NCBI GenBank assembly: GCA_050954355.1
Contig: JBPBPH010000089.1
Coordinates: forward strand, 546 to 64,545
Length of the DNA: 64,000 nt
Direction: 5' to 3'
Origin: Janthinobacterium lividum
GTDB taxonomy: Bacteria > Bacteroidota > Bacteroidia > Cytophagales > Hymenobacteraceae
Positions 10,341 through 19,138 of the stretch are shown one piece after another. Below the pieces are notes generated by a model that searched no databases, was not told the DNA's origin, and was given only the letters and a program-made list of their open reading frames with translations. How positions within the stretch are numbered: position 1 is the first letter of the stretch; each line of letters begins with the position of its first letter. A program made the position numbers and the translations under genes.

Positions 10341-12893
10341 ATGCCTTCCTCCGAAAATCTACCTGGCTTCGTGCAAGTGCGCGGCGCCCGCGAGCACAAC
10401 CTCCAAAACATCGACGTGGATATTCCGCGCGATGCGCTGGTAGTATTTACCGGCATCTCGGGCTCGGGCAAGAGCAGCCTGGCTTTTGGCACGCTCTACG
10501 CCGAGGCCCAGCGCCGCTACCTCGAATCGGTGTCGCCCTACGCCCGGCGGCTCTTCAACCAGATGGCGGTGCCCGACGTGGACCGCATTACGGGGCTGCC
10601 GCCGGCCGTGGCCCTGCAGCAGCAGCGCGGCGCCCCGAGCACCCGCTCGTCGGTGGGCAGCGTGACGACGCTGGCCAACCTCTTGCGTATGCTCTACTCG
10701 CGGGCCGGCCACTACCCTAGGGGCCAAGGCATTGTGTATGCCGAAGGCTTCTCGCCCAACACACCCGAGGGCGCCTGCCCCACCTGCCACGGCCTGGGGC
10801 GGGTGTACGAGGCCACCGAGGCCAGCATGGTGCCCGACCCCGCGCTCACCATCCGCGAGCGGGCCGTGGCGGCCTGGCCCCAGGCCTGGGGCGGCCAAAA
10901 CCAGCGCGACATCCTGGTGAGTTTGGGCTACGATGTGGACGTGCCCTGGCGCGAGCTGCCCCAAAAAACCCGCGACTGGATACTCTTTACCGATGAGCAA
11001 CCGGTGCTGCCAGTATATCCCGGCTACTCGCCCCAGGAAACCCAGCGGGCGATAAAGCGCCGGGAGCCGCCCAACTACATGGGCACCTTTACCGGGGTGC
11101 GGCGCTACGTGCTGCACACCTTCGCCACCACCCAAAGTGCGCTGATGAAAAAACGGGTGGCTCAGTACCTGCTCAGCACCGCGTGCCCCACCTGCCGTGG
11201 CAAGCGCCTGCAGCAAGCCGCCCTGGCCGTGACGTTCGCGGGCCTCGACATCACCGAACTGCAGCGCCTGCCGCTCAAGCGCCTCTCCGAACTGCTGCGG
11301 CCCTTTGCCGCGGGCCAGGGCCTAGGGCCCCAGGTGGCCGCCGAGGCGCCAGAGAAGGTTATCGTGACCCAGCGCATCGCCGCCGATTTGGTGGCGCGCC
11401 TGGCAGTGCTGCTCGATTTGGGCCTAGGGTACCTCGACCTGGAAAGGAGCACGCCCACCTTATCGCCGGGCGAGCTGCAGCGCCTGCGGCTGGCTACCCA
11501 GCTGTATTCCAACCTGTTTGGGGTGGTGTACGTGCTCGACGAGCCCTCGGCGGGCCTGCACCCGGCCGATACCGAAGCGCTGCTCACGGCGCTGGCCGAC
11601 CTCAAGCAAGCGGGCAACTCGCTGTTTGTGGTGGAGCATAACCTGGCCGTGGTGCGCCAGGCCGACTGGCTGGTGGACGTGGGCCCGGCCGCCGGCCGCC
11701 ACGGCGGGCGCGTGCTCTACAGCGGGCCGCCGGCGGGCCTGGCCCAAGTGCCCGAGTCGATAACGCGGCGCTACCTGTTTGCCGACGGGCCGCCCGCTTT
11801 GCCCACCCCGCGCCCCGCCGCCGGCTGGCTGCAACTGCGCGGCGTGCGCCGCCACAACCTGCAAAACCTGGCCGTGGATATCCCCCTAGGGGTGCTCACG
11901 GCCGTAACGGGCGTGTCGGGCTCGGGCAAGAGCACCCTCGTGAGCCAGGTGCTGGTCGAGCTGGTGCTGGGCGCCCTGGGCCAGCAACTGCCCGAAGCCG
12001 ACGAAACCGACCCGCTGGAGCAGCCCGCCCCCGAAACCACTGGCGGACACCTGGTAGGCAGCCCCAACCACCCCAGTGGTTCAGGTGGCTCAGGTGGCCT
12101 AGGCGGTATCGGCCGGCTGGTGCAAGTCGACCAGAAGCCGATTGGCCGCACGCCGCGCTCAAACCTGGCCACCTACACGGGGCTGTTTGACGCGGTGCGG
12201 GCGCTATTTGCCAGCACCCCGGCGGCCCGGCAGCGCCGCTACGATGCCGGCCGCTTCTCGTTTAACGTGGTCAAGGGCCGCTGCCCCAACTGCCAGGGCG
12301 AGGGCTCGGTGATGGTGGAGCTGCTGTTTTTGCCCAGTGTGTATGCGCCCTGCTCGGTGTGTCACGGCGCCCGCTACAACCCCAAAACGCTGGAAATCAC
12401 CTACCAAGACAAAAACATTGCCGATGTGCTGGCCCTGACCGTGGACGAGGCCTGGGCGTTTTTTAGCGGGGAGGCGGCCGTGCGCCGTGCCCTCACAGTG
12501 CTGCGCGAAGTGGGCCTAGGCTACCTGCGCCTGGGCCAGCCCGCCACCGAGCTGAGCGGCGGCGAGGCCCAGCGCGTGAAGCTGGCCACCGAACTGCAGC
12601 GCGCCCAGCGCGGCCACACGCTCTACGTGCTCGACGAGCCCACCACCGGCCTGCACCCCGCCGACGTAGAGCGCCTGCTGCTGCAGTTGCGCGCCCTGGT
12701 AGCGGCCGGCCATTCGGTGGTGGTGGTGGAGCACGACCTGCGCGTGATTGCCGCCGCCGACTGGGTGCTCGACATCGGCCCCGGCGCCGGCGACGAGGGC
12801 GGCCGCGTGGTAGTGGCCGGGCCGCCCGCCGCGGTGGCGCAGGCGCCGCAAAGCAAGCTGGCGGGGTATCTGCGCGCGTATTTGGGCGAATAG
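10341..12893 (+). CDS. UvrA-family excinuclease ABC ATPase (short UvrA2/DrrC-like paralogue)
   Basis: Two Walker A motifs ([18 protein letters not shown]), signatures LSPGE and LSGGE, CxxC zinc modules; 850 aa. Confidence 0.9.
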   Translation: MPSSENLPGFVQVRGAREHNLQNIDVDIPRDALVVFTGISGSGKSSLAFGTLYAEAQRRYLESVSPYARRLFNQMAVPDVDRITGLPPAVALQQQRGAPSTRSSVGSVTTLANLLRMLYSRAGHYPRGQGIVYAEGFSPNTPEGACPTCHGLGRVYEATEASMVPDPALTIRERAVAAWPQAWGGQNQRDILVSLGYDVDVPWRELPQKTRDWILFTDEQPVLPVYPGYSPQETQRAIKRREPPNYMGTFTGVRRYVLHTFATTQSALMKKRVAQYLLSTACPTCRGKRLQQAALAVTFAGLDITELQRLPLKRLSELLRPFAAGQGLGPQVAAEAPEKVIVTQRIAADLVARLAVLLDLGLGYLDLERSTPTLSPGELQRLRLATQLYSNLFGVVYVLDEPSAGLHPADTEALLTALADLKQAGNSLFVVEHNLAVVRQADWLVDVGPAAGRHGGRVLYSGPPAGLAQVPESITRRYLFADGPPALPTPRPAAGWLQLRGVRRHNLQNLAVDIPLGVLTAVTGVSGSGKSTLVSQVLVELVLGALGQQLPEADETDPLEQPAPETTGGHLVGSPNHPSGSGGSGGLGGIGRLVQVDQKPIGRTPRSNLATYTGLFDAVRALFASTPAARQRRYDAGRFSFNVVKGRCPNCQGEGSVMVELLFLPSVYAPCSVCHGARYNPKTLEITYQDKNIADVLALTVDEAWAFFSGEAAVRRALTVLREVGLGYLRLGQPATELSGGEAQRVKLATELQRAQRGHTLYVLDEPTTGLHPADVERLLLQLRALVAAGHSVVVVEHDLRVIAAADWVLDIGPGAGDEGGRVVVAGPPAAVAQAPQSKLAGYLRAYLGE

Positions 12894-12924
12894 TCGAGCT
12901 ATATTTGCTAGGGGTTGATTTCCT

Positions 12925-13031
12925 CCTAAAAGGCGGTCATGCTGAGCGCAGCCGAAGCATCGCTATCGCATCGTTGAGCGATGCTAAGTAGCGATGCTTC
13001 GGCTGCGCTCAGCATGACCGCCTTTTTTAGG
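12925..13031. repeat. REP-like long inverted repeat
   Basis: GGCGGTCATGCTGAGCGCAGCCGAAGCATCGCTA plus its exact reverse complement. Confidence 0.9.
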
Positions 13032-13068
13032 CCGCCGACCCTAGCGGGACTCATTTACAACTGCTTCT

Positions 13069-15639
13069 ATGCTCCTTTCTCTACTCCTCGCCGCCCTGCT
13101 CGCCCCTACCCCGCCCGGCCCGGTGCCGGTGGTGCCGGGCGTGTCGCGGGTGCTGGCCGAGGCGCGCAAGGCCCGCATTAGCCGCGTGGCCTACACCCTC
13201 GACCTGGCGGTGGCGGGCGGCCCGGACGCGCCGCTGGAGGGCAGCGAAACCATCAGCTTTCGCCTGCGCGACAACCGCCAGCCGGTGCAGCTCGACTTTA
13301 AGGCGCCCACTGACCACCTGCGCCGCCTGCTGGTAAACGGCCAGCCCACGCCCATCGACCACCGCGCCGAGCACCTGGTGCTGCCCGCCGCCGCCCTGCG
13401 CGTAGGGCCCAACGAGGTGCGCCTGGAGCTGCAAGCCGGCGACTTATCGCTGAACCGCAACGCCGACTACCTCTACACCCTGCTGGTGCCCGACCGCGCC
13501 CGCACGGTGTTTCCGTGCTTCGACCAGCCCGATTTGAAGGCCACCTTCACGGTGTCGCTCACGGTGCCGCGCGACTGGCAGGTGCTCACCAACGCCAAGC
13601 CTCTGGGCCACCTGGAGCGCGACCTGACCAAAACAATGAACTACCAGGCGTCTGACTCCATCAGCACCTACCTGTTTTCGCTGGTGGCGGGCAAATTTAC
13701 CAGGGTATTCGAGGCCGTGGATGGGCGCACGATGGCCCTGCTGCACCGCGAAACCGATACCACCAAGCTGCGCCTGAGCCTGCCGGTTATCTTCCAAACC
13801 CACGGCCGGGCCCTGGCGTTTATGGAGCAGTACACGGGCCTGCAATACCCGTTTCAGAAGCTTGATTACGTCGCCATTCCCGACTTTCAGTACGGCGGCA
13901 TGGAGCACGTGGGCGCCATCGACTACAAGGCCAGCAGCTTGTTTCTGGACCAGGGCGCCACCAAAGACCAGCTGGTGGCCCGCCAAAACCTGATTGGCCA
14001 CGAAACGGCCCACATGTGGTTTGGCGACCTCGTGACGATGCGCTGGTTTAACGACGTGTGGATGAAGGAGGTATTTGCCAACTTTATGGCCGACAAGCTG
14101 AGCGCGGACACCGAAGACGCCGAGGGCCAACTGCTCAAGTTCCTCACCGACCACTACCCGGCGGCCTACGCCGTGGACCGGACCCTAGGGGCCAATTCCA
14201 TTCGGCAGCCGCTGGAAAACCTGCAGGAGGCGGGCTCACTCTACGGCGGCATCATCTACCACAAGGCGCCCATCATGATGCGGCAGCTGGAGCTGCTGAT
14301 GGGCGAGGAAAACTTCCGGGCCGGCGTGCGCGAGTACCTGGCCACCTACGCGGGCGGCAACGCCACCTGGCCCGACCTCATCGCCATCCTGGACGCCCAC
14401 ACGCCCGCCGACCTCGCCGCCTGGAACCAGGTGTGGGTAAACGAGCCCGGCCGCCCGGTCTTCAGCTACGACTTGCAGCAGGCCGGCGGCAAGATTACCA
14501 GCCTCACCATCAGCCAAAAGGCCGAAGATGGTTCGCCGCGCGTGTGGCCCCAGCGCTTCGATGCGGTGCTGCTGTCGGCCACCGGGCAAGTGCTGGCGCA
14601 GGGCGAGGTAGACGCCGCCCAGGCCCGCGTGGCGGCGCCCTGGGCCGCGGGCGCGCCCGCCCCGGCCTATGTGGTGCTGAACGCGCACGGGCTGGGCTAC
14701 GGCGTGTTTCCGGTGGCGCCGGCGCTGGCCGGGCAGCTGCCCGCGCTCACCGCCGCAGGCTGGCTGCGCGGGGCGGCCGCCCCTAGGGCCGCGCTCTACA
14801 CCAGCCTCTACGAAAACATGCTGCGCGGCGAGGGCAGCTCGCCCCGCCAGCTGCTGGCTGCCTACGTGGCGCAGTTACCTCACGAAGATGCTGAGCTGAA
14901 TATCAAGCTACTAACCAACCAGCTGGGCGCTATGTACTGGCAGTTCCTGTCGCCCGCCGAGCGCCTGGCGCAGGCCCCGGCCGTGGAGGCGGCACTGTGG
15001 CAGGCTATGCAGGCTGCCCCCACACCGGGCGCGCAAAAGCTGTTTTTCCAGGCCTACCAGCGCGTGGCCCTCAGCCCAGCGGCCCTCGGGCGCCTCTACC
15101 AAGTGTGGCAAACGCAGCAGGCCCCGGCCCAGGTGAAGCTGACCGAGGACGACTACACCAGCCTGGCCCTGGCGCTGGCCGTGCACGACTACCCCGCGCC
15201 GCAGCCCCTTTTGCCGGCCCAGCTCGCCCGCGTGCAGAACCCCGACCGCCGCGCCCGCCTGGCGTACCTCATGCCCGCCCTCTCGCCCGACGCGGCCGTG
15301 CGCGACCAGTTTTTTGCCGGCCTAACCCAGGCAAAAAACCGCGAAAAGGAAGCCTGGGTGGCCACGGCCCTGGGCTACCTGCACCACCCGCTGCGCCAGG
15401 CCGCCTCCGCCAAGTACCTGCCCCAAAGCCTGGCCCTGCTCCAGGAAATTCAACTGACGGGCGACATCTTTTTTCCGGCCGCTTGGCTGCAAGCCACCCT
15501 AGGGCAGTACCAGTCGCCGGCCGCGGCCCAGGTAGTGCGCGGTTTTTTGGCGGCGCATAAAACCTACAATCCGCAGCTGCGGGGCAAAATATTGCAGGCC
15601 GCCGACGACTTGTTTCGGGCGGAGCGGCTGGTGAAGTAA
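13069..15639 (+). CDS. M1-family aminopeptidase (secreted)
   Basis: GGMEH exopeptidase motif; HETAH-x18-E zinc site (WMKE); signal peptide. Confidence 0.93.
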   Translation: MLLSLLLAALLAPTPPGPVPVVPGVSRVLAEARKARISRVAYTLDLAVAGGPDAPLEGSETISFRLRDNRQPVQLDFKAPTDHLRRLLVNGQPTPIDHRAEHLVLPAAALRVGPNEVRLELQAGDLSLNRNADYLYTLLVPDRARTVFPCFDQPDLKATFTVSLTVPRDWQVLTNAKPLGHLERDLTKTMNYQASDSISTYLFSLVAGKFTRVFEAVDGRTMALLHRETDTTKLRLSLPVIFQTHGRALAFMEQYTGLQYPFQKLDYVAIPDFQYGGMEHVGAIDYKASSLFLDQGATKDQLVARQNLIGHETAHMWFGDLVTMRWFNDVWMKEVFANFMADKLSADTEDAEGQLLKFLTDHYPAAYAVDRTLGANSIRQPLENLQEAGSLYGGIIYHKAPIMMRQLELLMGEENFRAGVREYLATYAGGNATWPDLIAILDAHTPADLAAWNQVWVNEPGRPVFSYDLQQAGGKITSLTISQKAEDGSPRVWPQRFDAVLLSATGQVLAQGEVDAAQARVAAPWAAGAPAPAYVVLNAHGLGYGVFPVAPALAGQLPALTAAGWLRGAAAPRAALYTSLYENMLRGEGSSPRQLLAAYVAQLPHEDAELNIKLLTNQLGAMYWQFLSPAERLAQAPAVEAALWQAMQAAPTPGAQKLFFQAYQRVALSPAALGRLYQVWQTQQAPAQVKLTEDDYTSLALALAVHDYPAPQPLLPAQLARVQNPDRRARLAYLMPALSPDAAVRDQFFAGLTQAKNREKEAWVATALGYLHHPLRQAASAKYLPQSLALLQEIQLTGDIFFPAAWLQATLGQYQSPAAAQVVRGFLAAHKTYNPQLRGKILQAADDLFRAERLVK

Positions 15640-15641
15640 TT

Positions 15642-15746
15642 TTCCGCCTGTCATGGCGAGCCTGCGAAGCAACCGCACCAGCGCGATTACCGCCTAGGGT
15701 TCGTCCGGGTTGCGCTTGCTTCGCAAGCTCGCCATGACAGGCGGAA
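15642..15746. repeat. REP-like inverted repeat (GTCATGGCGAGC variant)
   Basis: TTCCGCCTGTCATGGCGAGC...GCTCGCCATGACAGGCGGAA. Confidence 0.75.
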
Positions 15747-15789
15747 CGGTTTTGGGCGAACTTTGCCCCCAGACTTTGTTATAGCTGCA

Positions 15790-17025
15790 ATGGCTGATTA
15801 TCATCAATTCGACTACCCCAACGGCATCCGGCTTTTACACAAAGAGGTGCCGCACACCAAGATTGCCCACTGCGGTTTTTTGCTCGACATTGGCTCGCGC
15901 GACGAGCAGGCGCACCAGCAGGGCCTAGCCCACTTCTGGGAGCACATGGCCTTCAAGGGCACCCACAAGCGCAAGTCGTTCCACATCCTCAACCGCCTCG
16001 AAACCGTGGGCGGCGAGCTGAACGCCTACACTACCAAGGAGAAAATCTGCTTCTACGCCACGCTGCTCAGCACCCACTTCGAGCGCGCCTTCGAACTGCT
16101 CACCGATTTGACGTTCAACTCGGTATTTCCGGAGCGCGAGGTAGAGAAGGAGCGCGGCGTGATACTAGAGGAGATGAGCATGTACCAGGACGCGCCCGAA
16201 GACGCCATCATCGACGACTTCGACGCCGTGGTATACGGGCAGCACCCCCTAGGGGTCAACATCCTGGGCACCCGCGAGAGCGTGGGCGGCTTCCAAAGCG
16301 CTGACTTTCACGCGTTTTACAACGAAAACGTGCGCACCGACCGGCTGGTGTTCAGCTCGGTGAGCAGCCTGCCTTTCAAGGAGGTAAAGCGGCTGGCCGA
16401 CCGCTTTCTGGCGCCGCTGCCGGCCCGGCTGGGCCCGCACGAGCGCCTGCCCTTTGTGGGCTACCAGCGCCACGACCGCACTGAGCACCGGCCCATTCAG
16501 CAGGCGCACTGCCTGGTGGGCGGCCCGGCCTACGCCCTGCGCGACGAGCGCCGGGTGCCGTTTTTCATGCTCAACAACATCCTGGGCGGGCCCGGCATGA
16601 ACTCGCGCCTCAACCTGGCCGTGCGCGAGAAATATGGCCTGGTGTACACCATCGACAGCAGCTACTCGCCCTACACCGATACGGGCCTCTTTGGCGTGTA
16701 CTTTGGCACCGAGGCCAAGCAGCTAGCCCGCACCCTAGGCCTGGTGCAGAAGGAGCTAAGGCTGCTGCGCGACAAGGAGCTGACTTCCAGCCAGCTGCAC
16801 GTGGCCAAAAACCAGCTCATGGGCCAGCTGGCGATGAGCGAGGAAAGCAACTCGGGCCTGATGCAGCTGCTGGGCAAAAGCACCCTCGACCTGGGCCGCG
16901 TGGAGCCGCTGAGCGAAATTTTTGCCCGCATCGAGCGCACCACCGCCGCCGAGCTGCGCGACATGGCCAACGAGGTGCTGAGCGAGGACAACCTAAGTGT
17001 ACTGCAATACGTGCCGGAAAAGTAA
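15790..17025 (+). CDS. M16-family (pitrilysin-like) metallopeptidase
   Basis: AHFWEHMAFKGT inverted HxxEH motif; NAYT; SRL...REKYGLVY. Confidence 0.93.
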   Translation: MADYHQFDYPNGIRLLHKEVPHTKIAHCGFLLDIGSRDEQAHQQGLAHFWEHMAFKGTHKRKSFHILNRLETVGGELNAYTTKEKICFYATLLSTHFERAFELLTDLTFNSVFPEREVEKERGVILEEMSMYQDAPEDAIIDDFDAVVYGQHPLGVNILGTRESVGGFQSADFHAFYNENVRTDRLVFSSVSSLPFKEVKRLADRFLAPLPARLGPHERLPFVGYQRHDRTEHRPIQQAHCLVGGPAYALRDERRVPFFMLNNILGGPGMNSRLNLAVREKYGLVYTIDSSYSPYTDTGLFGVYFGTEAKQLARTLGLVQKELRLLRDKELTSSQLHVAKNQLMGQLAMSEESNSGLMQLLGKSTLDLGRVEPLSEIFARIERTTAAELRDMANEVLSEDNLSVLQYVPEK

Positions 17026-17029
17026 GCGC

Positions 17030-17914
17030 ATGGCGAAGGCAGCGTCCGTCTTTGGTTTGGTGCCGGGCATTGCGTCGGGCCACGAGTTTGCCAACCGCCT
17101 GGAGCTGTGGGGCGCGGGCGTGCACCGCCAAACGCAAGCCGGCATCAGCGCCCGCCAGGGCGAGGGAGCTGAAAGCATCGTGCTCTCGGGTGGCTATGAG
17201 GATGATGAGGACCTAGGCGATATCATCATTTACACCGGCCGGGGCGGGCGCAGCGCCGAAAGCCAGCAGCAAGTAGCCGACCAAACCCTGACCGGCGCCA
17301 ACCAGGAATTGGCCCGCAACGTGCTACTAGGGCTGCCCGTACGCGTAACGCGCAAAATCACTGAGGCCGGCCGCAGCTTTTACCGCTACGCCGGCCTCTA
17401 CCGCATTGCCGCGTACTGGGCCGCGCCGGGCCGCGCGGGCTACCGGGTGTGGCGCTTCCAGTTGGAAGCTTTGCCCGAGTTGCCTGCCGCGGCCCTAGGG
17501 TCGGATTCATCTCTAAACGTGCAGGAGCCAGCCGCCAGCTACGGCCCAGCACCGCGCCGCGCGAGTACCACGCTCCGGCTAGTGCGCGATACGGCCGTGA
17601 CGCGCCAGGTTAAGAAGCTCTATGACTACCACTGCCAAGTGTGCCGCACGCGCCTGAGTAGTCCGGCCGGGCCCTATGCGGAAGCGGCCCATATTCAGCC
17701 CCTAGGCACCCCGCACCACGGCCCCGACATCTTAGCCAACGTGCTGTGCCTCTGTCCTAACCACCACGTATTATTTGACTACGGCAGTTTTGGCATTGCC
17801 AAATCGGGCGAGCTGTTAGGCCTACCAGGCAAGTTGCTGATGCAACCCAAGCATCCGCTGGCTGCACAGTACCTTGCCTACCACCGCACCCGCTTCTACG
17901 AGCCGCAGCTGTGA
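17030..17914 (+). CDS. SRA(YDG)-HNH endonuclease; putative modified-cytosine-dependent (type IV) restriction enzyme
   Basis: SRA motif GVHRQTQAGIS...SIVLSGGYEDDEDLGDIIIYTGRGG; HNH motif CQVC...EAAHI...NVLCLCPNHH. Confidence 0.9.
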   Translation: MAKAASVFGLVPGIASGHEFANRLELWGAGVHRQTQAGISARQGEGAESIVLSGGYEDDEDLGDIIIYTGRGGRSAESQQQVADQTLTGANQELARNVLLGLPVRVTRKITEAGRSFYRYAGLYRIAAYWAAPGRAGYRVWRFQLEALPELPAAALGSDSSLNVQEPAASYGPAPRRASTTLRLVRDTAVTRQVKKLYDYHCQVCRTRLSSPAGPYAEAAHIQPLGTPHHGPDILANVLCLCPNHHVLFDYGSFGIAKSGELLGLPGKLLMQPKHPLAAQYLAYHRTRFYEPQL

Positions 17915-18393
17915 GCCAGCCACCCGCTCCCCGCTTCGGCCACGTGGGCACCACCCAGCCGGGCGACTTGTTTCACTCGCGGCTAGAGCTATCCTTGCGG
18001 GGGCAGCACCGGCCGCGGCGGGCGGGCGTGGCCGCCACGGCGGCCCTAGGGGCCGAAAGCATCGTGCTGGCCGCAGCCTACGAGGACGACGAGTACCACG
18101 AAAACTACTTTTGGTACGCGGGCAGCGGCGGGCGCGACGCCAAAACCGGCCGCCAAATAGCCGCCCAGGACCCCGCCGACTACCGCAACCAGGGCCTGCT
18201 GCGCAGCGAGCAAACCGGCCAGCCGGTGCGCGTTTTTCGGCGCATTGCGCCGGGCGGCGCGTGGCAGTTTCGCTACGAGGGGCTGTGGCGCGTGGTGGCA
18301 CACACGGTTGGGCCGGGCCGCGCGGGCTGGCAGGTGTTCCGGTTTCGGCTGGAGCCGTGGGGCAGTCCAGGGCTCCTTGGCGCCGGCCGTTAG
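17911..18393 (+). CDS. Stand-alone SRA(YDG)-domain protein
   Basis: RFGHV...HRPRRAGV...AESIVLAAAYEDDE...YAGSGG...N.GL...PVRVFR...RYEGLWRV. GTGA overlap with the upstream gene. Confidence 0.85.
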   Translation: MSQPPAPRFGHVGTTQPGDLFHSRLELSLRGQHRPRRAGVAATAALGAESIVLAAAYEDDEYHENYFWYAGSGGRDAKTGRQIAAQDPADYRNQGLLRSEQTGQPVRVFRRIAPGGAWQFRYEGLWRVVAHTVGPGRAGWQVFRFRLEPWGSPGLLGAGR

Positions 18394-18442
18394 CAGCCCC
18401 TAGGGTGCACCTTTGTGCCCTAGGCCCTCCCCGCCGCGCCCC

Positions 18443-19090
18443 ATGCCCCTCGCCGACCCTACCCAGGCCTACGCCGACGCCCACTCCGAGCCCGAGCCGC
18501 CGCTGCTGCACCAGCTTTGGCGCGAAACCCACTTGCAGCTGCTGATGCCGCGCATGGCCACCGGCCACTGGCAGGGCCGGCTGCTGAGTATGCTCTCGCA
18601 CCTGCTAGGCCCTAGGCGAGTGCTCGAAATCGGCACCTTCACGGGCTACGCCACGCTGTGCCTGGCCGAGGGCCTAGCCCCCGATGGGCAGCTGCACACC
18701 ATCGAAATCAACCCCGAGCGCGCCAGCCGCATTCGGCGCTACGTGGCGGCCGCCGGCCTAGGGGGGCGCGTGCACCTGCACCTGGGCGATGCGGGCGAGA
18801 TTCTGAGCGGGTTGGTCGGTGAAGTGTGGGACTTGGTCTTTATCGATGCGGATAAGGTCAATAACAGCCGGTACTTTGAGCTTGTAATCAACCAGGTGCG
18901 CCCCGGCGGCCTGCTCATCGTCGACAACGTGCTGTGGGGCGGCAAGGTGCTGCCCGGCTACCCGCTCAAACCCAATGACCACGACACCCGCGCCGTGCAG
19001 GCCTTCAACGAGCAAGCGCGCCACGACCCCAGGGTGGTGCCGCTGCTGCTGCCCGTGCGCGACGGCCTGCTGCTGCTGCGCCGGGTGTAA
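18443..19090 (+). CDS. O-methyltransferase (COMT/caffeoyl-CoA family)
   Basis: LEIGTFTGY, FIDADK and VDNVLW motifs. Confidence 0.92.
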   Translation: MPLADPTQAYADAHSEPEPPLLHQLWRETHLQLLMPRMATGHWQGRLLSMLSHLLGPRRVLEIGTFTGYATLCLAEGLAPDGQLHTIEINPERASRIRRYVAAAGLGGRVHLHLGDAGEILSGLVGEVWDLVFIDADKVNNSRYFELVINQVRPGGLLIVDNVLWGGKVLPGYPLKPNDHDTRAVQAFNEQARHDPRVVPLLLPVRDGLLLLRRV

Positions 19091-19138
19091 AGCGCAGCTA
19101 TTCTAGCCCGTTATGCTCACTTGTACTCCTCCCTTTCT

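Noticed and set aside
12060-12110. Gly/Ser insert ([11 protein letters not shown]) in the UvrA-like gene
   Set aside because: It is a short in-frame slippage duplication in a loop with no wider significance visible.
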